This document shows positions 1 to 8,715 of a DNA stretch of 64,000 bases, in pieces. The notes under the pieces were generated by a model. It ran no database searches, was not told the DNA's origin, and worked only from the letters and a program-made list of their open reading frames with translations. How positions within the stretch are numbered: position 1 is the stretch's first letter; every line of letters starts with the position of its first letter. The stretch spans positions 21,590 through 85,589 of the forward strand of contig DPOU01000003.1 of NCBI GenBank assembly GCA_003539625.1, in the 5' to 3' direction. This DNA is from Acholeplasmatales bacterium. Lineage in GTDB: Bacteria; Bacillota_I; Bacilli_A; ML615J-28; CAG-313. The translations under genes were made by a program, and so were the position numbers.

Positions 1-150
1 AATGTTCAATTTGAAAGCAACTTCTACTGTAGCATCAAATTTTGCAGTATTTGTCTTTTTAACTAATTCAACTGCTTCAGCAAGATTATATCTTTTTGAG
101 CGATCAACTAGTTTTAAAGCTTCTTGATATTTTTTACCTCTTTTTGCCAT
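1..150 (-). CDS. rplA: 50S ribosomal protein L1, N-terminal 50 codons only (gene continues past the left edge)
   Basis: Own reverse-strand translation from ATG 150..148 gives [50 protein letters not shown], a typical L1 N-terminus. AGGAGG lies about 10 nt upstream. It sits directly downstream of rplK as in the conserved L11-L1 operon. It is not in the ORF track because it is edge-truncated. Confidence 0.85.
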   Translation of the reverse strand, partial: MAKRGKKYQEALKLVDRSKRYNLAEAVELVKKTNTAKFDATVEVAFKLNI

Positions 151-169
151 TTGTTATTTACCTCCTAAA

Positions 170-196
170 TGTGGTCTAACGGAATTTCCTCCCACA
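170..196 (-). promoter_or_regulatory. candidate L1-binding translational operator (23S L1-stalk mimic) just upstream of the rplA SD
   Basis: Minus-strand RNA reads UGUGGGAGGAAAUUCCGUUAGACCACA, followed by UUUAGGAGG and the rplA AUG. The GUGGGAGG...GAC..CCAC pattern resembles the 23S rRNA L1-stalk segment mimicked by L1 autoregulatory sites. Recognised from memory, not from a covariance model. Confidence 0.4.
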
Positions 197-240
197 AGAC
201 CTTATAATTAATAAAGTCGATTTAAAGAGAATATAGAAAA

Positions 241-672
241 CTATTTTTCTACAACGATTCCCATGTTTCTAGCAGTACCTTCAACAATGTTAGCTGCTGC
301 TTCGACTGTGTATGCGTTTAAATCAGGCATCTTCATTTGTGCAATTTCTAATAATTTTGCACGACTGATAGTTGCAACTTTGTTTTTCTTCGCATTATCG
401 GAACCTTTAGAAACTCCTGCTGCCTTCTTTAATAAGTCAGATGCTGGTGGAGTTTTTGTAATAAAAGTGAAAGTACGGTCTTCATAAACAGAAATTTCAA
501 CTGGTATTACGTATCCAGCCATGCTTGCAGTTTTATCATTGAATTGGCTACAGAATTGTTGAATGTTAACACCTGCTTGTCCTAGTGCTGGTCCAACTGG
601 TGGAGCTGGATTAGCCTTTGCAGCAGGGATTTGAAGTTTAACAACTTTTTTTACTTGTTTAACTTTAGCCAC
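241..672 (-). CDS. rplK: 50S ribosomal protein L11
   Basis: (M)[40 protein letters not shown] is the canonical L11 N-terminus. GTG at 672..670 is preceded by AAGGAGG 8 nt upstream. The 185-aa ORF-track version (to 798) is over-extended into the leader. Confidence 0.92.
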   Translation of the reverse strand: MAKVKQVKKVVKLQIPAAKANPAPPVGPALGQAGVNIQQFCSQFNDKTASMAGYVIPVEISVYEDRTFTFITKTPPASDLLKKAAGVSKGSDNAKKNKVATISRAKLLEIAQMKMPDLNAYTVEAAANIVEGTARNMGIVVEK

Positions 673-702
673 GAGACACACCTCCTTATTTTGTCCGTGA
701 AT

Positions 703-733
703 GTGGTTTATGAACACTATGATGTTCTCCCAC
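703..733 (-). promoter_or_regulatory. second, weaker GUGGGAG...ACCAC element in the rplK leader
   Basis: Minus-strand RNA reads GUGGGAGAACAUCAUAGUGUUCAUAAACCAC about 30 nt upstream of the rplK SD. It shares the closing GUGG/CCAC helix and GGGAG with the element at 170..196. Confidence 0.2.
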
Positions 734-778
734 ACCTTTTTAAATTCATAGTATAAAGCGTCATTGCACGCAATATTT

Positions 779-806
779 ATTATACTCATTTTTTGCAAAA
801 TTGCAA
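779..806 (-). promoter_or_regulatory. sigma-A type promoter for rplK-rplA
   Basis: Minus strand has TTGCAA, a 16-nt spacer, then TATAAT (-10 = 784..779, -35 = 806..801). This gives a leader of about 100 nt. Confidence 0.45.
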
Positions 807-824
807 ATAATATGTATTTAAATA

Positions 825-852
825 TTAAAAAAGATAGGTTTTACCCTATCTT
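825..852 (-). terminator. rho-independent terminator after the GNAT gene
   Basis: Minus strand reads AAGATAGG-gtaaaa-CCTATCTT followed by TTTTAATATT. Confidence 0.6.
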
Positions 853-860
853 ATTAACTA

Positions 861-1844
861 CTAAAAGTTTTTCTTCATATCTGCAAAGCTTTGTGCAATT
901 TTGAAGCCAGCAAATAAATAAATATATCTAGCAGGATTGTCAATTCCAGTAAAGAAAGTCATGTAAGTTGAACCATGATCTTTTAAGTACTTACATAAAT
1001 GGCAGAATAATCCTTTGCCAAGGCCTCCACCTCTTTCATTAGGATCAACACAAATACCATCTAAATGACCGCGTCCTGTTGCTTCAGTATACATTGCGCC
1101 AGTCCAACCAACAACCTTATTATTATGGGCTGCAACCAAGAATGGTCTTGGTTCATCACGTTTCAAGTTATATTGGATTGAATGGGCAAACCCTGGGTTA
1201 TTGATTACTTCGCAGAATTCATCAATACCATAATGTTTTTTAGGATCGTATATTTCTACAAATAATCCGCGTTTAGCATTTTCCTCTTCTTGCTTAACGA
1301 CTTTTTCTGGTAATTCATATTCAGAAAGAGGTAAATGGAACCCTTCGTGAATGCTATTTACAAAGTATCCATGATGGTATAAGAATAAATAGAAATCAGA
1401 ATTCATTCTCGCAGCAGGCATTCCTGGGTGTTCATGCTTTTCTGTATGCGGTATATACCATGGCCAGCAAATTCCGCTCAAGAACACAAAACGAGCAGAA
1501 TTTCTTCCGTTATCCTTAAAATATTTTTCTAACATATCATATAATTTACTACCAATTCCTTGGCGACGGTATTCTTTGCGAACAATAAATGTGTGAATAT
1601 ATCCTGAAGCATTAGGATTTTCTTTATCAGTATCTTTTACGCTTCCGCTTGCAAAACCAACTAATTTGTCGCCTTCAAGAGCTAAGAATGTTCCTTCCTT
1701 TTTAAAATTAGGATTTTTAAATAATTTATCTGAAAATTCTTCTTTTGTTAATTTCTTGAAGAAAACTTCTTCTTTTGTTAATTCATTAAAAACATCATAC
1801 ATTTGGTCTTGGTATTTTTCTTCATATGGTAAATATTTTATCAT
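861..1844 (-). CDS. tandem-GNAT N-acetyltransferase
   Basis: Two GNAT-like halves, each with an acetyl-CoA motif-A-like segment (RRQGIGSKLYD and ERGGGLGKGLF). Confidence 0.7.
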   Translation of the reverse strand: MIKYLPYEEKYQDQMYDVFNELTKEEVFFKKLTKEEFSDKLFKNPNFKKEGTFLALEGDKLVGFASGSVKDTDKENPNASGYIHTFIVRKEYRRQGIGSKLYDMLEKYFKDNGRNSARFVFLSGICWPWYIPHTEKHEHPGMPAARMNSDFYLFLYHHGYFVNSIHEGFHLPLSEYELPEKVVKQEEENAKRGLFVEIYDPKKHYGIDEFCEVINNPGFAHSIQYNLKRDEPRPFLVAAHNNKVVGWTGAMYTEATGRGHLDGICVDPNERGGGLGKGLFCHLCKYLKDHGSTYMTFFTGIDNPARYIYLFAGFKIAQSFADMKKNF

Positions 1845-1911
1845 TGTTAATTCCTCCTGTTTTTACTCCTTCATTATACCTTATTTTTATTTTTAAAACA
1901 AATACTTTGTA

Positions 1912-3069
1912 TTATTTTATCGGGTTATTTGGATCATCTGTAAGATACCAAGTTGAATTTTGAACAGGTATTAACGCTTTAACCGAAGTTATTGTAATAT
2001 TGTTATTTTTTGATATAACTTCAATATTTCCAGATATAAACGTTGCATAGACGTTTTGAGTATATTCAATAAGTCTAGATATAATTGTTTTCTTAGGGAG
2101 GTTATATTTATTTTCTTCACTTGAACATATAACAACATATTCTGGCCTAATTTGATCTAATAGGTTTTTAGTATTTGAAGTAGGTGAACCATGATGATTA
2201 GCCTTAAATACATCAACCTTTCCAATGTTTAGTTTCGTTAAATAGCTTTCTTCTTTTTTCTCAGAATCGCCACATAGTAATATTTTCTTTTCGCCATGTG
2301 TCAAAAGACAACTAACTGAGCGATCATTATCATCATCTATATCTGCCATGCCATATGTTTTATAATCTAAGAAATCTAAAAACATATCTTCGCCTAAATA
2401 AAAATGAGCAGCTGCTTCAAGGTTTTCTTCATTGAATATTTCTTTTATGCTAAGGTAGGTAGCACCTTCTTGAACTCTTGCATTTCTTAGTTCAACATAA
2501 TCTTTATAAACCTTGCTATCTGCCTCATAACCAAAATCAACAATATATTGATATTCAATACCTGGTGCTTCTAATGCGCCATACATATCTTTACCAGAAA
2601 GGCCAACCATTCCACCTAAATGGTCACTATCTGCATGGGTTGTTATAATCATTTCTAGTTTTTTATCTTCAACATGTTCTAACAAAAAAGGAACAACAGT
2701 GCACGAACCACTGGCTTTTTCACCTGCATCTATTAAAATATCAATATCGCCATATTCAATAAAAATAGAATCGCCAATTTGTTGATTATTTGAATTACCA
2801 TATAAATCTAAGAATGTTACTTTTAATTCTGGTGAAGTAGTTCCTTCTTTTCCTAAATATATAGTGCCATCTTTAACGTTATTTTTTATTTCATCTTGAG
2901 GATTATCAATATTAGGTTTATCGACATAAACATTAAAATAATACCAAACGCCAAAAGCGATAATTGCTATTACAAGAATTATAATAAGCCATGTAGGCAA
3001 CTTTTTAATTGTTTTAACTCGTTCTTTTTGTATAGTTTTTTTATTTTTACTACCTTTTGGTCTTCCCAT
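1912..3069 (-). CDS. membrane-anchored MBL-fold metallo-hydrolase (ComEC C-terminal-domain-like)
   Basis: Basic N-terminus plus one TM helix (LPTWLIIILVIAIIAFGVWYYF). Metallo-beta-lactamase HxHxDH-type motif ITTHADSDHLGG and a later ANHHGS. Confidence 0.65.
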   Translation of the reverse strand: MGRPKGSKNKKTIQKERVKTIKKLPTWLIIILVIAIIAFGVWYYFNVYVDKPNIDNPQDEIKNNVKDGTIYLGKEGTTSPELKVTFLDLYGNSNNQQIGDSIFIEYGDIDILIDAGEKASGSCTVVPFLLEHVEDKKLEMIITTHADSDHLGGMVGLSGKDMYGALEAPGIEYQYIVDFGYEADSKVYKDYVELRNARVQEGATYLSIKEIFNEENLEAAAHFYLGEDMFLDFLDYKTYGMADIDDDNDRSVSCLLTHGEKKILLCGDSEKKEESYLTKLNIGKVDVFKANHHGSPTSNTKNLLDQIRPEYVVICSSEENKYNLPKKTIISRLIEYTQNVYATFISGNIEVISKNNNITITSVKALIPVQNSTWYLTDDPNNPIK

Positions 3070-3095
3070 TTTTTGTCTCCTCTTTTGTATAATAA

Positions 3096-3117
3096 AAGTA
3101 GGTATAACTACCTACTT
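3096..3117 (-). terminator. hairpin terminator overlapping the nusG stop
   Basis: Minus strand reads AAGTAGGTA-gtta-TACCTACTT followed by TTATTATAC. The T-tract is modest. Confidence 0.45.
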
Positions 3118-3679
3118 AATTTTTAATTGGTTCGACTTCATCAAATCTCAATTCATTAGGTGTTTGACGTCCAAACATATCTATAAGTACAGTTACCATT
3201 TGGTTATCCATATCAATGCTTTCAACTGTAGCTTCTTGTCCTAAGAAAGTTTCAGATAAAACTTTAACTTTATCGCCAACTTTAAATTTTGCTTCAACGT
3301 TTACAACAACACCACTTTTTTTAAGAATTGGTATCATCTCGTGCATTGGAACAGGAACTGGTTTTGCACGTCCACCGCTTGATCCTAAGAAACCTGTTAC
3401 CATCGGAGTATTACGAACTACAAACCAAGATTCATCTGTTACTATCATATCAACGAAAATATATCCTGGATAAGGGTTAGTAATTACTTCCTTTTTTTCA
3501 CCATTTGTTTTTAGCTCATAATGAATTTCTTCAGGAATTAAAACATTAAATATGTAATCTTCCATATTCATTGAAACGATACGGCGTTCAAGATTACGCT
3601 TTGCGGCATATTCCATACCGGCATAAGATTGAATTACATACCATGCTCTCTCATTATCGTAATCATCATTATTATACAT
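3116..3679 (-). CDS. nusG: transcription termination/antitermination factor NusG
   Basis: AWYVIQSYAGMEY NGN start and a KOW region GDKVKVLSETFLGQEATV. ATG at 3679 has AGGTG 7 nt upstream; the track start at 3688 is a GTG abutting the secE stop. Confidence 0.9.
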   Translation of the reverse strand: MYNNDDYDNERAWYVIQSYAGMEYAAKRNLERRIVSMNMEDYIFNVLIPEEIHYELKTNGEKKEVITNPYPGYIFVDMIVTDESWFVVRNTPMVTGFLGSSGGRAKPVPVPMHEMIPILKKSGVVVNVEAKFKVGDKVKVLSETFLGQEATVESIDMDNQMVTVLIDMFGRQTPNELRFDEVEPIKN

Positions 3680-3688
3680 TATAAGCAC

Positions 3689-4150
3689 CTATTTTAAATT
3701 AGAAATAAGTTGATCTATCCAGCCTATAACAAGTTGAATTAGTGTGTTGCATAATACAAAAAATAATGCGATAACTACTGAAAAGCAAACTACTTTAACA
3801 ACATTCCAGAAAAATTCTTTTTTCTTTAATCCTGTGATATTTTTAATTTCATCGAAAGATGGACGATAAAAACCAATCGCTACAAGAATTACAGAAACTG
3901 CACCCAAACCAACTAGTACCCAAGCAAATACTGTTTTACCAACTTGTGTTCCAATTAGCCATGCACCTTCATTAATTGTTAAGAAATTAGTTAATAAAAT
4001 TGCACCTAATTCAATTGCAAAAATGCCTAAGAATAATAATAGATAATTTTCAAATTTATGTTCAGTTAAAATGAATTCCGCAACGCGGTTTCTTTTTTCT
4101 CCTGCTTTTTCAACTTTTGCTTCTTCAGCCTTTTTAACTTCTTCAGCCAT
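3689..4150 (-). CDS. secE: preprotein translocase subunit SecE, long three-TM form
   Basis: The C-terminal segment FDEIKNITGLKKKEFFWNVVKVVCFSVVIALFFVL is SecE-like. It lies between rpmG and nusG. Two additional N-terminal hydrophobic helices and a charged N-terminal tail are present. Confidence 0.8.
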   Translation of the reverse strand: MAEEVKKAEEAKVEKAGEKRNRVAEFILTEHKFENYLLLFLGIFAIELGAILLTNFLTINEGAWLIGTQVGKTVFAWVLVGLGAVSVILVAIGFYRPSFDEIKNITGLKKKEFFWNVVKVVCFSVVIALFFVLCNTLIQLVIGWIDQLISNLK

Positions 4151-4161
4151 GTAGAACCCTC

Positions 4162-4311
4162 CTATTTTGTTTCCTTATGAATTGTATGTTTATTACAACG
4201 TTTACAATACTTTTTAACAACAACTCTATCAGTCGTGTTAAGCTTATTTTTTTCTGTTATATAATTGCGAGATAAACATTCTTCGCAAACGAGTATTACT
4301 TTTTCTCTCAT
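4162..4311 (-). CDS. rpmG: 50S ribosomal protein L33
   Basis: Own translation gives [49 protein letters not shown] (49 aa, CxxC...CxxC). It is below the ORF-track size cut-off. GGTGG lies upstream. Confidence 0.9.
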   Translation of the reverse strand: MREKVILVCEECLSRNYITEKNKLNTTDRVVVKKYCKRCNKHTIHKETK

Positions 4312-4333
4312 ATAATACCACCTTGACTTACTT

Positions 4334-4362
4334 ATTATACTAAAAAATCACCTTATTGTCAA
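4334..4362 (-). promoter_or_regulatory. consensus sigma-A promoter for rpmG-secE-nusG
   Basis: Minus strand has TTGACA, a 17-nt spacer, then TATAAT (perfect hexamers). Confidence 0.65.
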
Positions 4363-4370
4363 TCATTTGG

Positions 4371-4913
4371 TTAATTTTTATCATCGTTTCTTACTTTTTT
4401 TGATTTTCTTTTTATACGATCAGTAGCCTCATATACCTTTTTAATCGGTAATTTTAACTCTAATGCAATTTGTTTTGAAGTTTTCCCCTCTATAAACTTT
4501 AGCTTAAATATTTCTTTTTCAATATTTGATAGATAAAGTGGTTCTTCAAAGACAAATTCTTCTTTAATATAATTATCAACAACATAATCATTTAAGTCAT
4601 CAACGAGAACAATTTTAGAATCTCTCGTTCTTTTTCTTAATAAGTCTATAAATTTACGATTTAGTAATAAAGTGAAATAACTATAAAATGAAGATGATTT
4701 TTTAGAATCAAAAGTTTTAACAGCTTTATTTAAAGTTATTAACCCTTCTTCAAGATAATCACTTCTTTTGTCATATGGTATTTTCATTTCTTTTATTTTA
4801 GTTTTTATTAAGATAAGATACTTTTCTTGCAGTATTTCCAATGCTTCTTCACTTTTTTCTTCAATCAAATATAATAGTTCATTATCATTATATGTTAATA
4901 CTAGGTTTTTCAC
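4371..4913 (-). CDS. sigH: sigma-70 family (region 2 + region 4) sigma factor in the SigH position
   Basis: A two-domain small sigma factor with a C-terminal HTH (KTSKQIALELKLPIKKVYEATDRIKRK). Synteny rlmB-sigH-rpmG-secE-nusG matches B. subtilis. Confidence 0.55.
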   Translation of the reverse strand: MKNLVLTYNDNELLYLIEEKSEEALEILQEKYLILIKTKIKEMKIPYDKRSDYLEEGLITLNKAVKTFDSKKSSSFYSYFTLLLNRKFIDLLRKRTRDSKIVLVDDLNDYVVDNYIKEEFVFEEPLYLSNIEKEIFKLKFIEGKTSKQIALELKLPIKKVYEATDRIKRKSKKVRNDDKN

Positions 4914-4935
4914 TATGTCCCCCCCTTTTTAGTGT

Positions 4936-5649
4936 TTACCTATTTCTAATTATTTCATAAAAAATTATGCTTGCACTAACTGATGCATTAAGCGAATTAA
5001 CATGTCCAAACATAGGAATGTGTACAAAAAAGTCACAATTATCTCTAACAAGCCTTGAAATGCCCTTTCCTTCTGATCCTATTACCACGGCAATTTTTCC
5101 GCTGTAATCTTGTGCTTTATAGTCAATTGAGCCTTCCATATCAAGACCTATTATCCAATATCCATTGGCTTTCAACGTTTCTATTGTGCTTGCAAGATTG
5201 GTAACTTGTGCAACATCAATATGTTCAATAGCACCAGTAGATACTTTTGCTACAGTTGCATTAAGACTTACACTACGATTTTTAGGAATAATTATTCCAT
5301 CCATTTGTGTTGCGTCGGCAGTTCGTAGTACCGCCCCTAAATTATGTGGATCTTCTAAACCATCAAGAATCACAAAAGCAACATGCTGTTTGTTTTGATT
5401 TTTTTCAATTAGTTTTTCTAATTGGACATACTGATAATCATTAACAGTTGCCACTATACCTTGATGATTTTTTGGAAACATTTGATTCATCTTATTAAGC
5501 GGTAATTCTTGTATTTCAATGTTTTTATTTTTAATTAGTTTTTTTACTAGCGGTATCATTTCATGATTACTAGTAGAGATAATAATTTTACTAACATCAT
5601 CTCTTGTTTTTAATGCCTCTATAACTGTATTTTTACCGTATATGTTCAT
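4936..5649 (-). CDS. rlmB: 23S rRNA (guanosine-2'-O-)-methyltransferase RlmB (SpoU/TrmH family)
   Basis: Motifs DPHNLGAVLRTA, IGSEGKGIS and SLNASVSASI. ATG at 5649 is preceded by GAGGAAG; the track start at 5664 is a TTG inside that SD. Confidence 0.85.
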   Translation of the reverse strand: MNIYGKNTVIEALKTRDDVSKIIISTSNHEMIPLVKKLIKNKNIEIQELPLNKMNQMFPKNHQGIVATVNDYQYVQLEKLIEKNQNKQHVAFVILDGLEDPHNLGAVLRTADATQMDGIIIPKNRSVSLNATVAKVSTGAIEHIDVAQVTNLASTIETLKANGYWIIGLDMEGSIDYKAQDYSGKIAVVIGSEGKGISRLVRDNCDFFVHIPMFGHVNSLNASVSASIIFYEIIRNR

Positions 5650-6031
5650 TTTTTTCTTCCTCAACTATAGCAAACATTTTAGAAACTAAATAATTCAGAC
5701 GTTCCATATTCTTTGTTAAATATAAATACCCAATCACAGCTTCCAATCCTGTCGATGTGGCATAGGCCTTTTTGTCAACATTTTTTCGATATCCGTGAGG
5801 CGCATTATTTCTTCCCCTCAAAAATATTTGGTTTTCTTCTTCATTTAATTCAGTTGCTAATTTATTATAAATAATTTGATGTGCATTTGCACTAACATAT
5901 CCTATACTAATTTTACGAAGTTCCTTATTTTTGGTAATACCTAAACTCAAAAGATATTCACGAACTCTTAGTTCATAATAAGCATCCCCAATATAAGCTA
6001 AATTCGAACCATTCATTAAATTAGGATTCAT
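5633..6031 (-). CDS. mrnC: mini-ribonuclease 3
   Basis: LAYIGDAYYELRVREYL is an RNase III-like signature. The size is 132 aa. It sits between cysS and rlmB as in Bacillus. Confidence 0.8.
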   Translation of the reverse strand: MNPNLMNGSNLAYIGDAYYELRVREYLLSLGITKNKELRKISIGYVSANAHQIIYNKLATELNEEENQIFLRGRNNAPHGYRKNVDKKAYATSTGLEAVIGYLYLTKNMERLNYLVSKMFAIVEEEKNEHIR

Positions 6032-7383
6032 TATAGGACAATACCTCTATTTACTATTTCTTGTCTTAAAGTATCAGCAGTGTCAAAATCTTTGTTTTTA
6101 CGAGCAAGATTCCACTTGTTAACTAATTCTTTTTCTTCTTCAGTAAGAGGTTTAACATCTACTTTTAAGCCCAAAACATATAGCATTGCGTCAAATGTTG
6201 CTAAGTCTTTTTGTAATAACAAGACATCTTCACTAGCGTTACGTAAATCTTTATTTATATTTTTTATGTGACTATATAATGCTGTTACCGCATTAGCAGT
6301 GTTAAAATCATAAGCCATTTCATTTAAGAAGTCATCCATAATTGGTAAAACTTCTTGTTTATTTAACGCTCCTTTTAAATCTAGGTTTCGATATAGACTA
6401 ATGTAAGCTTTCTCAATCTTATTCCATTCATTAACCATCTTATTCATCATTTCTTCTGAATAATTAATTGTTTGTCGATAATGATTATTAAGAACAAATA
6501 AACGATATGCTTGAGGTGGATACATATTAACAATATCTTTTAGCCATACAACATTGCCAAGAGATTTACTCATTTTTTCTCCACTCAAATCAATTCTAGC
6601 ATTATGAATCCAATAATTAGCAATTGCATTGTTATATAAAGCCATTGATTGGGCAATTTCATTTTCATGATGAGGGAACTTTAAATCATTACCACCACCA
6701 TGAATATCAATCATACCACCAAAAATGTCTTTTATCATTACAACGCATTCAGTATGCCAACCAGGTCTACCTAAGCCAAATGGACTATCCCATTTTTTTC
6801 CATCATCATTTGTCTTTTTCCATAGTGTGAAATCAGCAGGATCTTTCTTATTATTATTAATATCAATTCTAGAACCACTTTCTAGTTCATCTAATCTTTG
6901 ATTACTTAAAATACCATAGTTAGGAATGCTGCGAACACTAAAATAAACATCATCACCAGTTTGATATGCATGATTAGTTTTTACTAATTGGTCAATAAAT
7001 TCAATAATATTAGGGATATTTTGAGTAACTCTAGGATGAATAACATCATTTTCACAGCCAAGTTTTTCATAGTCATCTAGACAAGCTTTGATATATTTTT
7101 CACTAATGACCTCTTCAGTTGTGTTTTCTTCTTTTGCTTTTTTGATGATTTTATCATCAATATCAGTAAAATTAGAAACCATTTTTACATTATAGCCAAC
7201 ATATTCAAAGAATCTTTTAACTGTGTCAAAAAATATTACAGGTCTAGCATTTCCTATATGCATATAGTTATAAACCGTAGGACCACAAACATACATAGAA
7301 ACTTCATTTTCTTTTATTGGTTTAAAAACTTCTATTTTATTTGACAATGAATTATATAATTTAATGTTATTTTTATCAAACAT
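6031..7383 (-). CDS. cysS: cysteine--tRNA ligase
   Basis: Class I motifs HIGNARP and KMSKS, plus a Zn-binding CGPTVY N-terminus. Confidence 0.95.
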   Translation of the reverse strand: MFDKNNIKLYNSLSNKIEVFKPIKENEVSMYVCGPTVYNYMHIGNARPVIFFDTVKRFFEYVGYNVKMVSNFTDIDDKIIKKAKEENTTEEVISEKYIKACLDDYEKLGCENDVIHPRVTQNIPNIIEFIDQLVKTNHAYQTGDDVYFSVRSIPNYGILSNQRLDELESGSRIDINNNKKDPADFTLWKKTNDDGKKWDSPFGLGRPGWHTECVVMIKDIFGGMIDIHGGGNDLKFPHHENEIAQSMALYNNAIANYWIHNARIDLSGEKMSKSLGNVVWLKDIVNMYPPQAYRLFVLNNHYRQTINYSEEMMNKMVNEWNKIEKAYISLYRNLDLKGALNKQEVLPIMDDFLNEMAYDFNTANAVTALYSHIKNINKDLRNASEDVLLLQKDLATFDAMLYVLGLKVDVKPLTEEEKELVNKWNLARKNKDFDTADTLRQEIVNRGIVL

Positions 7384-7408
7384 CTAAATCACCCTTTCGT
7401 TTCAATGT

Positions 7409-7642
7409 TTAGTTTTGCTTTTTGCTGAATAATTCAGTTAATAATATTACTAATCCTCCAACTGAAATAGCTAGGAAGATAAAGCATAATACGCCACATG
7501 TCGTATAATTTTTAGCCCCACTTATTAAGGCAGTTGTATATGCCAAATATGAGATTGAATTACCAATTGCAAACAATCCACTAGTTATTGCTCCAATGAT
7601 TAATAAACTAAGTCCAATTATTAGTCTTTTATTTTTGTTCAT
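7409..7642 (-). CDS. small two-TM membrane protein, unknown function
   Basis: Two hydrophobic helices. ATG at 7642 has AAGGAG 7 nt upstream. The track start at 7660 abuts the rpsI terminator. Confidence 0.45.
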   Translation of the reverse strand: MNKNKRLIIGLSLLIIGAITSGLFAIGNSISYLAYTTALISGAKNYTTCGVLCFIFLAISVGGLVILLTELFSKKQN

Positions 7643-7661
7643 ATTTTTCTCCTTTTTCATT

Positions 7662-7697
7662 TAAAAAATAAGACCACAAACACTTATTTGTGGTCTT
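7662..7697 (-). terminator. rho-independent terminator after rpsI
   Basis: Minus strand has an 11-bp stem, AAGACCACAAA-taagtg-TTTGTGGTCTT, followed by ATTTTTTAA. Confidence 0.8.
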
Positions 7698-7733
7698 AAT
7701 AAACATAAGCTAAGCGTCTTAAGATAAGTACGA

Positions 7734-8126
7734 CTAACGTTTTGAGAATTGTGGAGCACGACGAGCTTTACGAAGACCGTATTTCTTACGTTCGATAGCA
7801 CGTGGGTCACGTGTAAGCATACCAGCTTTTTTAAGTGCTGAACGATATTCAGGATTAACTAATAGTAATGCACGGCTAATTCCTAAACGAATTGCACCAG
7901 CTTGTCCACTAATACCACCACCGTTTACATTTACATAAATATCATATTGAGTTCCAGTTTCAGTGATATTTAATGGTTGTAAAACGTCTAAACGAATTGC
8001 TGCAGAAGGAATATATTCTACGAAATTACGATCATTAACAATAAATTTTCCATTACCAGGTACTAAACGTACTCTAGCTACAGAACTTTTACGACGACCA
8101 GTTGCTTGATAAACTGCTTTTTCCAT
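7734..8126 (-). CDS. rpsI: 30S ribosomal protein S9
   Basis: [19 protein letters not shown] and a C-terminal [11 protein letters not shown]. Confidence 0.95.
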   Translation of the reverse strand: MEKAVYQATGRRKSSVARVRLVPGNGKFIVNDRNFVEYIPSAAIRLDVLQPLNITETGTQYDIYVNVNGGGISGQAGAIRLGISRALLLVNPEYRSALKKAGMLTRDPRAIERKKYGLRKARRAPQFSKR

Positions 8127-8140
8127 ACTTTATTTTCCTC

Positions 8141-8587
8141 CTATTTAATTTCCAATGGGAATGCTTCAGGTTTTTGAGCACCTTGTTCATGTTCTGGACC
8201 AACATAAACATATAAACGGCGATACATGTTATCACCTTGAGGGCCTTTTGGAAGCATACCTCTTATGGCTTTTTCAACAATTTTTTGTGGTTGTTTTTCC
8301 ATCATTTCATTGGCAGTACGTACTTTTAAACCACCTGCATATTGAGAGTGGCGATAGTATTTCTTGCCTTCCATTTTGTTTCCAGTTAATGCTACTTTTT
8401 CTGCATTAACGATTACTACATAATCACCGCCATCGATATGTGGTGTATATGTAGGTTTGTGCTTACCTTTCAAAACAGTTGCTACTGCTACAGCCATACG
8501 TCCTAAAACTAAATCTGTTGCATCAATAACATACCATTTACGATTTTCTCTTGCGCTTTCTACTGTATCCATATAAGTTGTACGCAT
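8141..8587 (-). CDS. rplM: 50S ribosomal protein L13
   Basis: KWYVIDATDLVLGRMA N-terminus; adjacent to rpsI. Confidence 0.95.
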   Translation of the reverse strand: MRTTYMDTVESARENRKWYVIDATDLVLGRMAVAVATVLKGKHKPTYTPHIDGGDYVVIVNAEKVALTGNKMEGKKYYRHSQYAGGLKVRTANEMMEKQPQKIVEKAIRGMLPKGPQGDNMYRRLYVYVGPEHEQGAQKPEAFPLEIK

Positions 8588-8670
8588 TTTAATTTTCCTC
8601 CTAATTGTGTTTTTATTTGAAGGGCTTAAGTTTGTGGGTTTAAAGTCTCTCGACTTAATGTATCGGATAT

Positions 8671-8699
8671 ATTATACACGAAAAGGTATTTTTTGTCAA
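8671..8699 (-). promoter_or_regulatory. consensus sigma-A promoter for rplM-rpsI
   Basis: Minus strand has TTGACA, a 17-nt spacer, then TATAAT, giving a leader of about 80 nt (possible L13-type leader, not verified). Confidence 0.6.
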
Positions 8700-8715
8700 A
8701 CAATAAGGCCCTTTT

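Noticed and set aside
673-798. N-terminal 42-codon extension of the L11 ORF in the track ([19 protein letters not shown]…)
   Set aside because: The canonical L11 N-terminus starts at the GTG at 672 with a strong AAGGAGG. The extension covers the promoter and leader and has no L11 counterpart.
7384-7733. T-box leader upstream of cysS (also looked upstream of metG at 11782..11869 and of leuS at 53343..53354 and 54306..54483)
   Set aside because: The intergenic spaces are too short for a T-box of about 200-250 nt. I could not find the conserved T-box sequence (AAnnnGGGTGGTACCGCG-like) on the minus strand. leuS appears to be co-transcribed with the upstream membrane-protein gene from a promoter with a leader of about 20 nt.
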